From Octopus sinensis (Eukaryota), in NCBI RefSeq assembly GCF_006345805.1, contig NC_043003.1, positions 81,282,001 through 81,346,000 of the forward strand: a DNA stretch of 64,000 bases, in the 5' to 3' direction. This document shows positions 25,950-38,330 of this stretch, piece after piece (within the stretch, counting starts at the first letter, position 1; every line of letters starts with the position of its first letter). The notes beneath the pieces were generated by a model. That model did no database searches and was not told the origin of the DNA. It saw nothing but the letters and a program-made list of their open reading frames with translations. A program made the position numbers and the translations under genes.

Positions 25950-26801
25950 AGCATATACACGTATAAATGCCTGTATGTAGATGTGTATTGTGGACATTTT
26001 TTACGCGGAGAAGCACATGAAAATATGGTGAAAAATATGACAGGTAATATCATTGAAAGTTAATGGTATAAAGTTGAGAATATTATAGGCAAGTGTTGAC
26101 AGCGTCAGTAAGGAATGTAAATCATTTTCTATGAAGACAATTGATGTATTACAATATTGATAGTATAAATACAGATGATCGTGTTGATGTTCAATATTGT
26201 TCAAAGCGGTCGGTCTAGACAGTAAACAATCGAAACGGCATTAATAATAAAATAAGTATAGTTAGGTCCTGCTATTTACTGAAATAAGTCAAGATTTAGT
26301 CTATAATTCAAAGATATCAACGTCTTGTTTTTTTTGTGGTTGTTGTTATTGTCGTTGTTTTCTTACAACTTCTGTTTAGGAGTTAGATTTATTCGCTTAC
26401 ATCAGAAGAAGAAGAAGAAATTAAATTGTTGGCAATATGTTGCGCTGTTTATTTACTTTTCCCATTAGTATTTTCGTTAACTTTTGTCCTTTATTGTACT
26501 ATTTTTCCTTGGTTTTAGGTGGCGTGTATTATGATACATTTCCATTTTCAAATTGATGGATCACATTGCGTTAGAGATTATCTCGTTCCAGCAGGCGGTC
26601 AACATAGAACGATAATCAATAATGAATTGTCTTTCAAACATTTATTTCAAGGTCTGACTATCACACATCAGTCATGACCTCTATAGTTTGTCTCCTTGAA
26701 GGATACGAATTAGTTCTTCATTTCCCCCTAGATCAGAAAAGGAATGGCACCGCTCATACTTCTTTTTAGGGGCTCTGAATCCGGTAAAGGAGTAGGTGAT
26801 A

Positions 26802-27082
26802 TTTTCATGGGCCCGGTTTCCCGGTTTCTGTGGCGTATATATTCTCCCCAGCTGGACGGGACGCTAGTCCATCGCAGCGTTAGTTAAAAAACAGGAAGGA
26901 AGAGTGAGAGAAAGTTGGGGCGAAAGAGTACAACAGGGGTCGCCACCATCCCATTCCGAAACCTCGTGGAGCTTTAGTTGTTTTCGCTCAATAAATACAC
27001 ACAACGCCCGGTCTGGGAATCGAAACCGTGATCTTCCGACCACGAGTCCCCTGCCCTAACCACTGGGCCATTGCACCTCCAC
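26802..27082 (-). mobile_element. tRNA-derived SINE (family C1), 11-bp TSD
   Basis: A box TGGCCCAGTGG and B box GGTTTCGATTCCC on the minus strand. TSD AGTAGGTGATA at 26791-26801 and 27083-27093. Confidence 0.9.
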
Positions 27083-27333
27083 AGTAGGTGATAATACTGT
27101 CCTTAAATCGAAGCTTTGTTCCAACTTAGACTCCGCTAAATATGTAACGATCAGGTAGTTATGACAAAACAGGTGAAGAGGGATTATGTCGGTCGTCAAA
27201 TGTAATGAAATTTGCAGCAAAAACGAACTTCTATATGGTACAGAATTATAACAGCGTTATACCAGCTATAGCACAGTAATAAGGTGTTATATCACTATAG
27301 TAGTACCATATCAGCAATAATACAGTCTTTAGT

Positions 27334-27581
27334 GTAGCCCTTTTAAAGCCTAGCCAGGCTCATGGACCTGGTTTCCCGGTTTCTATGGCGTATGTGTTCC
27401 CCAGCTGGATGGGACGCCATTCCATCGCAGCGTTACTCATTTTTGCCAGCTAAGTGGACTGGAGCGACGTGAAATGAAGTGTTTTTTTCAAGAACACAAT
27501 GCGTCGCACGATCCAGGAATCGGATCCACAATCTTACGATCATGGTGCTGACACCCTAACCACTAAGCCACGTGCCTCCTC
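27334..27581 (-). mobile_element. tRNA-derived SINE (family C2), 12-bp TSD with 1 mismatch
   Basis: A box TGGCTTAGTGG and B box GGATCCGATTCC on the minus strand. TSD ACAGTCTT[T/G]AGT at 27322-27333 and 27582-27593. Confidence 0.9.
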
Positions 27582-27654
27582 ACAGTCTTGAGTCAGTAAT
27601 CATATATTTATATTGATGTACAAGTGTATCAGTGTAAAAGTATATATTGTTTCT

Positions 27655-27975
27655 TAGTCATTGGCACTTCAAAACCACACAATTCCAGGTTCAGTCCCTC
27701 TGCGTAGCACTTTGATTAAGTATTTTCTGCTATAGTGCCAGGCCGATGGAAATTTTGTGAGAGGACTTAGAAAGACGGAAACTGGAGGAATCCTGTTATA
27801 TATACGTATATATCTATGTGTGTGCTTCTCTTTGTCTCCCACCACCGCTTGGAAAACGGTGTTGGTTTCTCTACGTCCTCTAACTTAGCCGTTTGGCAAT
27901 TGAGAACAGAAGAATTAGCAACAGGCTCAAAAAGGTAAGTATTGAGGTCGATTTGTTTGCCTAAAGCTCCTTAAA
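27655..27975 (+). mobile_element. Family A SINE, diverged copy
   Basis: CCAGGTTCAGTCCCTCTGCGTAGCAC, CCACCACCGCTTGG..AACGGTGTTGG and GAGGTCGATTTG all match other copies. Confidence 0.8.
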
Positions 27976-30900
27976 TAAGCGCTACAAAATATAAGATATA
28001 TTAATAATATTATAGTGTTATACCCGCAATAGTAGGGCTTCATGTCAGTATTTGTAAAGTTATATCAGCAATATTACAGTGTTATAACAGCCTTAGTTTC
28101 GCGTCTTTTGAGTAACATAGCATTATGTTATTTATATTAGCAAAACTTAGTTTTATATCAGCAATAGTACAGTGCTACGCTGGCAAAAATACAGGCTTAT
28201 ATCAGCAATGGTTACGATATTTATATTAGCAATAGCACAGCGTTATATTAGATATGTCAGTGTTATATTAGCAACAGTACGGTGTTATATAAGATATAAT
28301 ACAATTTTACTGTGGAAGAAGAGATAAGAACTAGTTTAACTTGTCTTTCGATAATATATAGGATATGTAATGTCATTTGTACATTACATACCCTTTTTTA
28401 AAATATCTGAACTATTACATATTATGCTCACTCAAAAAAAAAATCAATATAATACTGTCGTTGACACGAATTCTGTTGAATACTATGTAGTCTTTCAATG
28501 AAATGAGATCTATTCAGGATTTTGATTTTGGGGTGACTGCCATTACACTTTATTACATTTCACTTATGTTGACAAATGACTTAGAAAATCCATAATAATC
28601 ATTATATAGGTAGTGTTGTAACACATCCAATGAAAGGGATAGTTCAAAGCCTTAGTACTGTTTAAATTGCCAGAGACAACAAAAGGGCGAACTAAACATA
28701 TTATGTTCTACAAATAGCCACCTGATCTTCTGAGTATGAATCCCTATAAAATATTTTTTTTATAATTTTTTTTAATATTTTGCTTTTATCAATGAGATAA
28801 GTAACAATGTTATATATTGATTTCTTATATAGGCACAAGGCCTCAAATTACAATAGTATATTATGATCGATTCAATCATCATAACAAAAAATTAGTCTTC
28901 TTCTTGGTTGAAAGAATCTGATATTACAACAAAAGAATCGATATTAATGACAATCTCGAATTGAAAGCGATAGTTATATTAACAAAAACAACATGTTACC
29001 TGCACGATATTATATAATGGCTGAAAATTATTTCATCAATACATGTACTATAAAGGCTATTGGTGCTGACGTATACAACTATATTACGAGATCAACTTCT
29101 CATGACTACAGGAAAAAGTGAAGAGTTAATTTTGTGGTTACTGCAACAGTATTGGTTTCATTTCACAAATGCTCAATATTTTTGTGGAAGGGGAAATATA
29201 AAGTGTGACGTTTATAGTTTTTCCAATGGCATGATTGGCGATACTAAAACAATAGTAAAATGACTTCAAAGAAGAAATCTGTTGAAAACGTTAGAATTCA
29301 CTTCTCACAGCACACACTAAATATAAATATATTAGCTTTATTTCATTTTTTTTTTATTCATACTATATTTAAGTCTTTATTATTTTTATATACGTGGAGG
29401 ATAATATTACTCATAAACCTCTCTCTCTCTCCACTTCGTACGTATATACACCCCCGCGCGTATATATACAAACACACCCACACTCACGCACGCATACTGA
29501 ATATAGTATGTTTCTGAGATGCATTACTAAATATAATATCAGCAAACACCTCCATGCCATAAACGAAACGAAGTAACAATGTGTAGATAAACAGGGACTC
29601 ACCCATCCTAAATTATACTAATAGATAACATAATAGACATAATAGATAACAGTAGCAGGTACATGGCTAAAATCTCATCGAACTGAATATTAGTCAACAG
29701 CTTGTCTAGCTCCCCACAATAAAATAGAATTCTAATCGGCAGTGTTTCCATACCAAACTGATGTAGATTGAGCAAATCATAATGATAAAATATCAAACTT
29801 AAAACAGAAAAATGTTTCGGTTAATCTTTATCATAGCTCAGTGTAATGTGATATTCCTTCCACTTATCAGTATGTATTTCTCCCCCGCTTTATGTAGATA
29901 CCGTATGATCTATTACAAAAATAAGCGTTAAGTTCAGTTATAGTAATATTCATAATCGATAATCGCACCCAAAAGTCTAAATTCAGAGTCATAAACAAAT
30001 GCCTTCTGAATGGCAAGTATCTCTCAAAACGAATATTATACGAACGTAGAAGACATCTCCTGCAGTGTTAAAAAAGAATACAAAACGTATACTGAATTAA
30101 CCTCTAACAAATTTTGAAGCAAGCTTCATTCTATGCAACTAGTCTTTTAGAAACAGAACAGCGAAGTGAGTTCTTTTCAATTTTTTTAAAGACATGGGAC
30201 AGAATAACCCGTCGATAAAGTGAATGTTGCATTGTTGTAAATGCAAATGCATTCTTCAGTCGAGGCAAATGTTTTCGTCAACAAAATGCTGAAAACTGCA
30301 ACTATTGACTGACTGGTGTAAGACAAAAAGCGAAAATTTCTTGTCATGCCTTTCTGCCAATAAATTTATTACCCAAGTCTTCATGTATATCACGTACCAA
30401 AGTGATCCGAACTGCTAAGTGGATGAATCCCTCACCATAACTGACTACACGAGTGTCATTTGACTCGACATGCAAAAACATGCTAATATACCAGCACCTA
30501 CAAACAAATTGTGTAGTCACGTCCATTCTTCAGCAAAACGTATTCTTTCGGTTATCACACGAGACAAATACATGGAAAAATTTATCATGAAACCAATCAA
30601 ATATTATATACGTATATTATTCTTAATGAAAATTTATCATATTACTTTCACTCCCATAACTCCATAACTACAACTAAATGATATTATCAAGCGGGAGAGA
30701 GTAAAGCAAATGTTAATATTATTTAACAAAACTTTTATTATGAATTTCAAAAGTTTCTCCTATACGTTTTCTACAAGAGTAGTACATGCCCGTCCCGTGG
30801 TCTAGTATTATGTCAAAAAGGCAAATTGGTTGTAATGTTATATGATTCTTCAAGAAATTATCCATAACATGGCCGTTGATATGACTTGAGATTGTCGAAG

Positions 30901-31328
30901 CTTCACCCTTGCAGTGGTCCAAACTGAAGGCACGTTTTTAGAGGAACTAGGATACGTAAATCAATGAGGCCAATTGCCTCAGCCACATCGAAACATTCAG
31001 ACAGTGGAATGCTTCGTTTTTCATGTAGTGAGAATAATAGTGAAAGAGGACTGACCATTGAGTGTTCATAAGGATTATCATCTGATGATGGTGTGTGCGT
31101 GTCTATGTTTGTGTGTGAATGTATTAGGAATGCATACATATAAATACATAGGCGGTTTGTGGATTGGATGAGGCATTTGAATCATTTGGTCATCAGGATT
31201 TAAACCAGCTAACCTCGAATTGCATACACATTACAACAATTTATATATAAATACATACGTTTGCATATACATAAAAGTATGTATGTGGGTGTGTATATAT
31301 ATATATATATATATATGGATAGATAGAT

Positions 31329-31940
31329 ATATATTATCGTGACCGACCAGTCCGTCGGGTGTTCATTTAACACCGCTGGTCACAGCACGCTGTCCACTTC
31401 CCCTGGATCGCGCCTTTCTCATCCACGTGAGCCCAATCGTCCTCCTGAAGTCGTAACTCCACCGTCGTGGAGGCCATCCGGGTGGTCGTTTCCGCTCGCG
31501 CGGGTACCACTCTACAACTGCGCGGGTCCACCGATTATAGGTGAGCCGGGCGACCTGTCCAGCCTATCTAAACTTGCTGCATGTATACTCTGCGATGACA
31601 TCCCTCACGCCGGACTTCTTTCTGATGATCTCGCTACTGATGTGCTCTCTCAAAGAGATACCAAGCATTGACTTTCCCATGGCTCTTTGAGCCGTTACCA
31701 GTCTCTGCTCTTCTCTCTTAGTGGTAGCCCATGTTTCACTACCATATATCATTGCAGGTAGAACTGTACTGCTGATGAGGTTTGCGCGGGTGGTCCTGCT
31801 CAACCTTCCCTTGAGTACATCCCTTATGCCATTAAACTCCATCCGCCCCTTACTCTCCGTGGGATCTCATTTTCGATATCTCGGCGCATATTCACTTCCT
31901 GTCCCAGGAAGACATATTCCTTTATCTCCTCTATTTCATC
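31329..31940 (-). mobile_element. 5'-truncated RTE-clade LINE (RT C-terminal region and 3' end)
   Basis: Minus-strand translation reads EYVFLGQ..STVLPAMIYGSETW..RLVTAQRAM..MLGISLREHI..IR..SGVRDV.., then a degenerate W(A)GH.ARL.DNRWT.AV.EWYPR..KRP.G.P..RW. Both ends are embedded in (TA)n. Confidence 0.88.
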
Positions 31941-31941
31941 A

Positions 31942-31976
<35 letters not shown>

Positions 31977-32566
31977 AGTATGTAGATATTTGTGTTAACA
32001 TACATATCTATGTTAATATTCATATATGTACATATATATGTTTATATGTACAGATTTGTATATAAAATTGTGTATGTATATGTGTCAGTGTGTATGTGTG
32101 GGTGTAAAAAAAACTCTTACACAAACACGCGCGGATATGCATACATATACCTACCTACTACAAATATACATGCATACATAAATACATACATACATACAAC
32201 ATACATACATACATACATACATACATACATACATACGTACAATTGCGTTAGAATGCTTTGCACTGGAAGCACATTGAAAGTTAATGTCCAATATAAATAT
32301 TGCCGCTATTGCATGCCGAGATATAGAGATACGGAGTTAAATTAAACTTAAATTTTCTTCTTATCAGTTCTTTTTTAGTCTGTGAAGAATATTTATGAGC
32401 TGAATATCTAGCATGAATTAAGTTAATCAATATTTAAAAGAATAATTTTATATTAAAAATCACTTGAAACAACGAAAATAAAATACGTGAACTAAATATT
32501 TCTGTAATATTCCTGCAAATATATTTACTCATATGTAAACAGTTTGGAATAAATGTAAAGAAAAGG

Positions 32567-32567
<1 letters not shown>

Positions 32568-32616
<49 letters not shown>

Positions 32617-33060
32617 GTATATATATTTATAATTATATTTATATATATGTATATATATATATATAAATGCTTATATATGTATCTATATCTATATAATTAC
32701 ATTTGTATGTATCTATATCTATATAAATACATATATATGTATCATTATCTATATATATTAATACGTATATATAAGAATATATATAAATATATATATACTC
32801 ATATATACATATATAAATATATATGTGTGTGTGCATATCTATATACGTATATATATAAGAATATAATATATATATATATATATATGTATCTATATATATT
32901 AATACGTATATAAGAATATATATATATACATATATGTACGTATATATATAAATATATATGTATGTGTATAGATAAATATGTATATATATATGTGAGTATG
33001 TGTGTGTGCATATATGTATATATATATATATGGTGTGTGCGTGTGTATATATCTTTGTAT
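32568..33060. repeat. TA-rich compound microsatellite
   Basis: Direct reading. Confidence 0.95.
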
Positions 33061-33390
33061 GCATGTATGTATGTATTGTTATTGTTCTTGTTTTGCGCTG
33101 TTGTTTTGTATTGCTTGGAACAAACAAAAGGAGTGACGAGGAACAGAATGGTGTGGCGAGTAGAAAACAGTTTCAGAATGATTATTTTAGAAATATTTCT
33201 CCTTGCACAGCCTTATTTAGAAACAGAAAGCGAAACAACCAGTGATAAAATAAAACATAAAAATGACGTCAAAGTTTTTAATCCGTCTCTATGGAAACTT
33301 TAGGTTAATCTTAAATCCTGCTGTAGCAAGAAATACAATCAAAATTATATATTGCCGCTATAACTCCAACTGTTTCTATTGTTCATGCAT

Positions 33391-33391
33391 T

Positions 33392-33442
<51 letters not shown>

Positions 33443-33452
33443 CACCACCACC

Positions 33453-33484
<32 letters not shown>

Positions 33485-34500
33485 CATTACTACCACCACC
33501 ACCACCACCACCACCACTACTACTACTACTACTATCACTACTACTACTGCTATTACTACTACTACTATTACTACTACTACTACTACGGTTGCTGCTGCTG
33601 ATGATGATGGTCGTGGTGACGATGATTATGAGGACGATGATGCGATGATGGTGGTAGTGATGGTGGAGGTGGAGAGATATGACGGTGAAGGAGATGGTGC
33701 TTGTGATGATGGTGCTTGTGATACTATTGCTGACTGTGATGGTGGTGGTGGTGGTGGTGGTGATTGTAGTGGTGATTATGTAGTGTAATTGAAGTGATGG
33801 TGATGGCGATGGTCGTCTTTGTCGTCGTCATCGCGGCGGTGTTGTTGGTGGTTGTTGCTGTTGTTGGTTGTGGTTGTGTTGGTGGTGGTGGTAGTGGTGG
33901 GGTGCTTGTTTTGCTGTTGGTGGTGGTGGTGTTGGTTGTGTTGATGGTGGTGGTTGTGCTGGTGGTGGTAGTGGTAGTGGTGGGTTTTGTTGTTGTTGTT
34001 GGTGGTGGTGGTTGTGTTGATGGTGGCAGTAGTGGGGGGGTTGTTGTTATTGGTGGTGGTTTTGTTGATGGTGGTTGTTGTGCTGGCGGTGGTAGTGGTA
34101 GTGGTGGGTTTTGTTGTTGTTGGTTGTAGTGGTTGCGTTGATGGTGGTAGTGGTGGGGGGTTTTGATATTGTTATTGGTGGTGGTGGTGGTGGTTTTGTC
34201 GTTGTTGTTGTTGGTGGTGGTGGTGGTGTTGATGGTGGTGGTTGTGTTGATGGTGGTGGTTGTGCTGGTGGTGGGAGTGGTAATGGTGAATTTTTTTGTT
34301 GTTGGTGGTGGTGGTGGTGTTGATGGTGGTGATTGTGTTGATGGTAGTGGTAGTGCTGGTGGTGGTAGTGGTGATGGTGAGTTTTGTTGTTGTTGTTGGT
34401 GGTGGTGATATTGATGGTGGTGGTTGTGTTGATGGTGATGGTGGGTTTTGTTGTTGTTGTTGGTGGTGGTGGTGGTATTGATGGTGGTGGTTGTTATTGG
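33391..34500. repeat. Compound trinucleotide array: (TAC/CAC)n followed by (GGT/GTT/GAT)n with higher-order cassettes
   Basis: Direct reading. A GTTGATGGTGGTGGTTGTGCTGGTGGTGGTAGTGG...TTTTGTTGTTG cassette recurs 4-5 times. Confidence 0.95.
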
Positions 34501-35075
34501 TAGTGACGGTGTTTCTGATAATTCAATTAACGCTCCCCAATTGCAGTTGTAACTACTGCAGTTGTTGCTAATAATACGTTCCTCGCCCATAAACATGTTA
34601 TTCGTTAGTTATGATAATTCGCTCTTTAATTCCGTTCAATGTTGTGCAAAACACTGATTCGTTCATGGATGGTTTTTGAAGGTGATTGATTTATATGAAC
34701 TGTAGCTACCAGCCGCTCAATCAACTCTACTGAATTTATGGTGAAATGGAGGTTGTGAGTGGTCTCCCAAGGCTCTCTACATGAGAAAAAATATCTGAGT
34801 TTGTAGGAATATTTATTAGTGAGCAGGTGTATGTATGAGAGAGAGGGAGAAAGAGAGGAATATTCACACTAGTACTTCGCTGGTAGTTTATGTATTGACC
34901 GCGAGAAGATAACCGTTGATTTCCGCTTAATTTGTGTCAGAGCTCAACAATCCTAAGCAATATATATTAGCGAGAGAGGCAGTATTAAAATCGAGTGGTA
35001 ATATCTATTCCCACTTGAACATTGTTGTTCTGTTAGAACGATCCTTGCTGTGGTAGATACCATGAAAGAAACTCT

Positions 35076-35350
35076 GGTACTATTTAAGAACAGTGCTCCC
35101 GGTGCGCGCACTCGCGTACACGCGCATCCGCGCTAGCGAGTCGTGACTAGTCTATCCTACAACGTCTACCTATCAAAGTAAATAGAACACAAAAAATAAT
35201 AAATTTTTTTACACAAAGTAAATATTTTTTTTAAAACAAAGTAACTAAAGCACAAAACCACAAAGTAAGGATCGACGAGTCACGACTAGCTAGCAGTGAT
35301 GCGTGAGTACGCGAGTGCGCGCACCGGGACCACTCTTCTTAAATAGTACC
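35076..35350. mobile_element. 275-bp MITE with 83-bp TIRs, Merlin-like
   Basis: TIRs at 35076-35158 and 35268-35350 are 73/83 identical and begin GGTAC. The 8-bp flanks GAAACTCT / GAAGCTCT match at 7/8. Confidence 0.8.
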
Positions 35351-38114
35351 GAAGCTCTCATATAATCTTTTGGTGCAGGATGCATGCTTGTTTTTTCTTA
35401 TCACCAGCGGGGAGATATGTTCCCACTAACTTCAGCGCCGATACCGCCAGCTCACGCGATTTCGATCTTCGTTGATCTCAACGGTAATGGTCGCTCCAGC
35501 GCTAGAGATAGTAGCGAGTCATCTCTCCGCTAGCGATATATAGAATCTGGCCAGGTATTCTAACGGACTCTCAAACGACCTTGCCAATTTCCTGCCTACT
35601 GTTATTGATGTAGTCGTAATTATATTTGCTTTTAATGATATGGAAGAAATCTTGCAGCTCTAAGGGGGAGTTCGATCCTATTCTACAGTCTTCCATCAAC
35701 GTGTGATCGATAAAATATACACCTGTAATGTTCAGGTATTTAGAATAGGTAGCCATCCATCGATATTGATTTTAAAGAAAAGAAATTACCACTTTCAAGT
35801 GTACAACAAGGAAATAACACGCAACAGTGGTTTTAATGTAGTTAATACCGATGTAACCGCGAGGTAAGAAAACCTTATTTCTGTAAACTCAGATCAGTCT
35901 TTAATGTAAACTTTTGTAAATACATTACGAGACCGTCATAAGTCAACGTAATTTTTCCTAGGGCAACAAACCGTTTTATCATGCACCAGTTTTGATTATC
36001 GAATTACGCAAATTCATATCCTGTACACATCTAAATACAAAACGAAATGTCAAAGTCCTTTCGTCATATTACTTTTCCTTTTAAAACATAATAGATGTGC
36101 ATCTTTATGAAAGCAGCCAAGAATTGCGTGCTTTATCTAGAACCAGTTATTTATTCATTGTCAACGTTATCAGAATCGTTACCACGCCAGACGAAATGTT
36201 TATTGAGATTTCTTCTGGTTGTTACGATATCAGATCAAATCTCACTGGGGTCAACTTTGCTTTCATGTCAACGGGGGGTGATAATGTACTAACTGAACAT
36301 TAGGGTCAATATAATCGACTTCCACAGCCCCGCAAAATTTCAGGTCTTATTCTTATGGTAGGGAGGATTTATTCATTGTAAACTTTAGTGGAGTTTCCTC
36401 GCTGTATTTTGCACAGATCAAGCTACACCTACTATATGATTTGAATACGCCAATACACGGCTGGTATTGGTATACATGTATTACATATTTTACACATATG
36501 TGAGTCTAATAATTGTGACAGGGACCTGATGAAAGGCAATATCTACAAGTCCTATCTTTTTGACTGATTCATTGGTGGAATCTCTTGACGCTATACTCCA
36601 AGAGTGAATTGATCTGAGTACTCTACTCAGTGTTAGCCGATTTTACAATGAGCTACTGCTTACAGTGCTTTGATATTTCTAGTTTGGCGTAGGTTTAGGT
36701 AGGCTTAACGCAGTTCAGCCCCTAACCGCCAGTTTGCGTTATTCCCAACTTTTCCGAGCATTTGTAACCCCATCTTCGTGGTTCATTTTGAAGTTGATAG
36801 AATGTGTGTTTAATATATGTTGTGAAAGAGATTTGCCTACTCTTTCCAGCAGGTTAATTGACCTCTTGGTGAGATACAATGCTGAATGTGCTGACAGTCG
36901 TCACAGCAAAGCAGATATGAGAGGATCATTCGTACACACGCACACATGCACACACAAACACACACACATGCACACTCAAATACACATACACATACACACA
37001 CAATTGTTAGATTCTTCCAAAATCAACCTAAGGAATGAAAACGGAAATGTGTAACAGTTAGTTTTTCTTCCGTTTGTTTGTCTTTTGTTGTCTCAGTTTA
37101 AAAATAATTAATGTCATTTACCTCGTTCATACTTGTTATGTCAACTTGCTACAATAAAATCTTTCCTGTTCGTCTATATACATTATATCAGATTTCTATA
37201 AAAATGACATTTTTATAATTCACAGTCTACAACGTGAAATAATTTCTCATTATGAGAGATTCAAATATTCCAAAGAGGCACCGTGAATCTTTTTCTACTA
37301 TATCATCAAGTTATTATATAAATGTGAATTTCTGTAAATTGAGCCTATTACTTACTTTCTCTATTAAGTTTATGTATAATAATCAATGATAGGCTACATT
37401 ATAAATAAATACTATTCGGTTTTTATTTTATTTTATTTTTTCGCCGGACGTATAGAAATGGCTGTCTGTTCCACATAAATATAAACCTAATAAACATACA
37501 TCTGCCTCCTACCTCATACGTGTATATATATATATATAGGTGTGTGTGTGTGTGTATGTATATATATATATATGTATATATGTATATATATGTATATATA
37601 TATGTATATATATGTATATATATGTATATATATATATGTATATATATATATGTATATATATATATATGTATGTATGTATGTATACATGAATATGAGTGAG
37701 TATATATATATATATTCCTCCCCTTCCAATCTCTCTCTCTCTCTCTGTACCTGTCTTTCTCCATTTATCTCTCTTTGGTTTACGATATATTCATACTTGA
37801 ATAAATACGTACCGATATCATATAATATGCATATGTGATATTTATTACATGATAGGCATATATCAGGTGAACAAACTTCTATGAAAATGCGTACGGAGTA
37901 ATTTAATGTTTTTGCACATGGAATCATAAACACAAACAAAGACATACATATACATACATTCAGACGTGGATGTATGTGTGTATGTATATATATATATATA
38001 TATAAGTGCGTCAGTATGTAATTATGTTGTAAATATACATAAGTTGGAATCTATACACTTCACCAGGAAGTTATACATTTCCATATTTGCACACACATAC
38101 ATACATACATACAA

Positions 38115-38330
38115 ACATACAAAACAGCTACTCTCTCAAGAATACAAGTTCAGGTTTATACCTGTAATTATTGGAGCACTGGGATATGTAACATGCTGTC
38201 TAAATGGAAATCTTGAGAAATTAGGCTTCTCAAACCAGAAAGGAGAAAGCTAATTCGAAGACTACAGATCCAGTCCATCACTGAAATTATAAACATCTGT
38301 AAAACTTTCCTGAAGTTTATCATTTAAGTA
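38115..38330 (+). mobile_element. 3' fragment of an RLE-endonuclease LINE (R4/Dong-like)
   Basis: Translation across one frameshift reads YKFRFIPVIIGALGYV..LEKLGFS / ERRKLIRRLQIQSIT..NICKTFLKFII*. The P.(I/V)IGALG motif is typical of R4/Dong-clade C-termini. Confidence 0.75.

Larger units (their letters stand above)
27240..28305. repeat. Degenerate ~22-23-bp minisatellite (GTTATATCAGCAATAGTACAGT-like), split by two SINE insertions
   Basis: TATATCAGCAATA.TACAG recurs at 27240-27330 and 27975-28305. Confidence 0.75.

Noticed and set aside
26802-27581. tRNA genes suggested by A and B boxes
   Set aside because: There is no complete cloverleaf. The boxes belong to SINE heads with bodies and TSDs.
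33724-34596. 290-aa minus-strand ORF (poly-T/P/H/Q), the longest in the track
   Set aside because: It is read-through of a trinucleotide array that lacks stops in that frame. There is no domain or splice context.
36526-36616. Possible box C/D snoRNA (CTGATGA...CTGA...CTGA)
   Set aside because: The C box is non-canonical, the terminal stem is only 2 bp, and no rRNA or snRNA complementarity was recognised.
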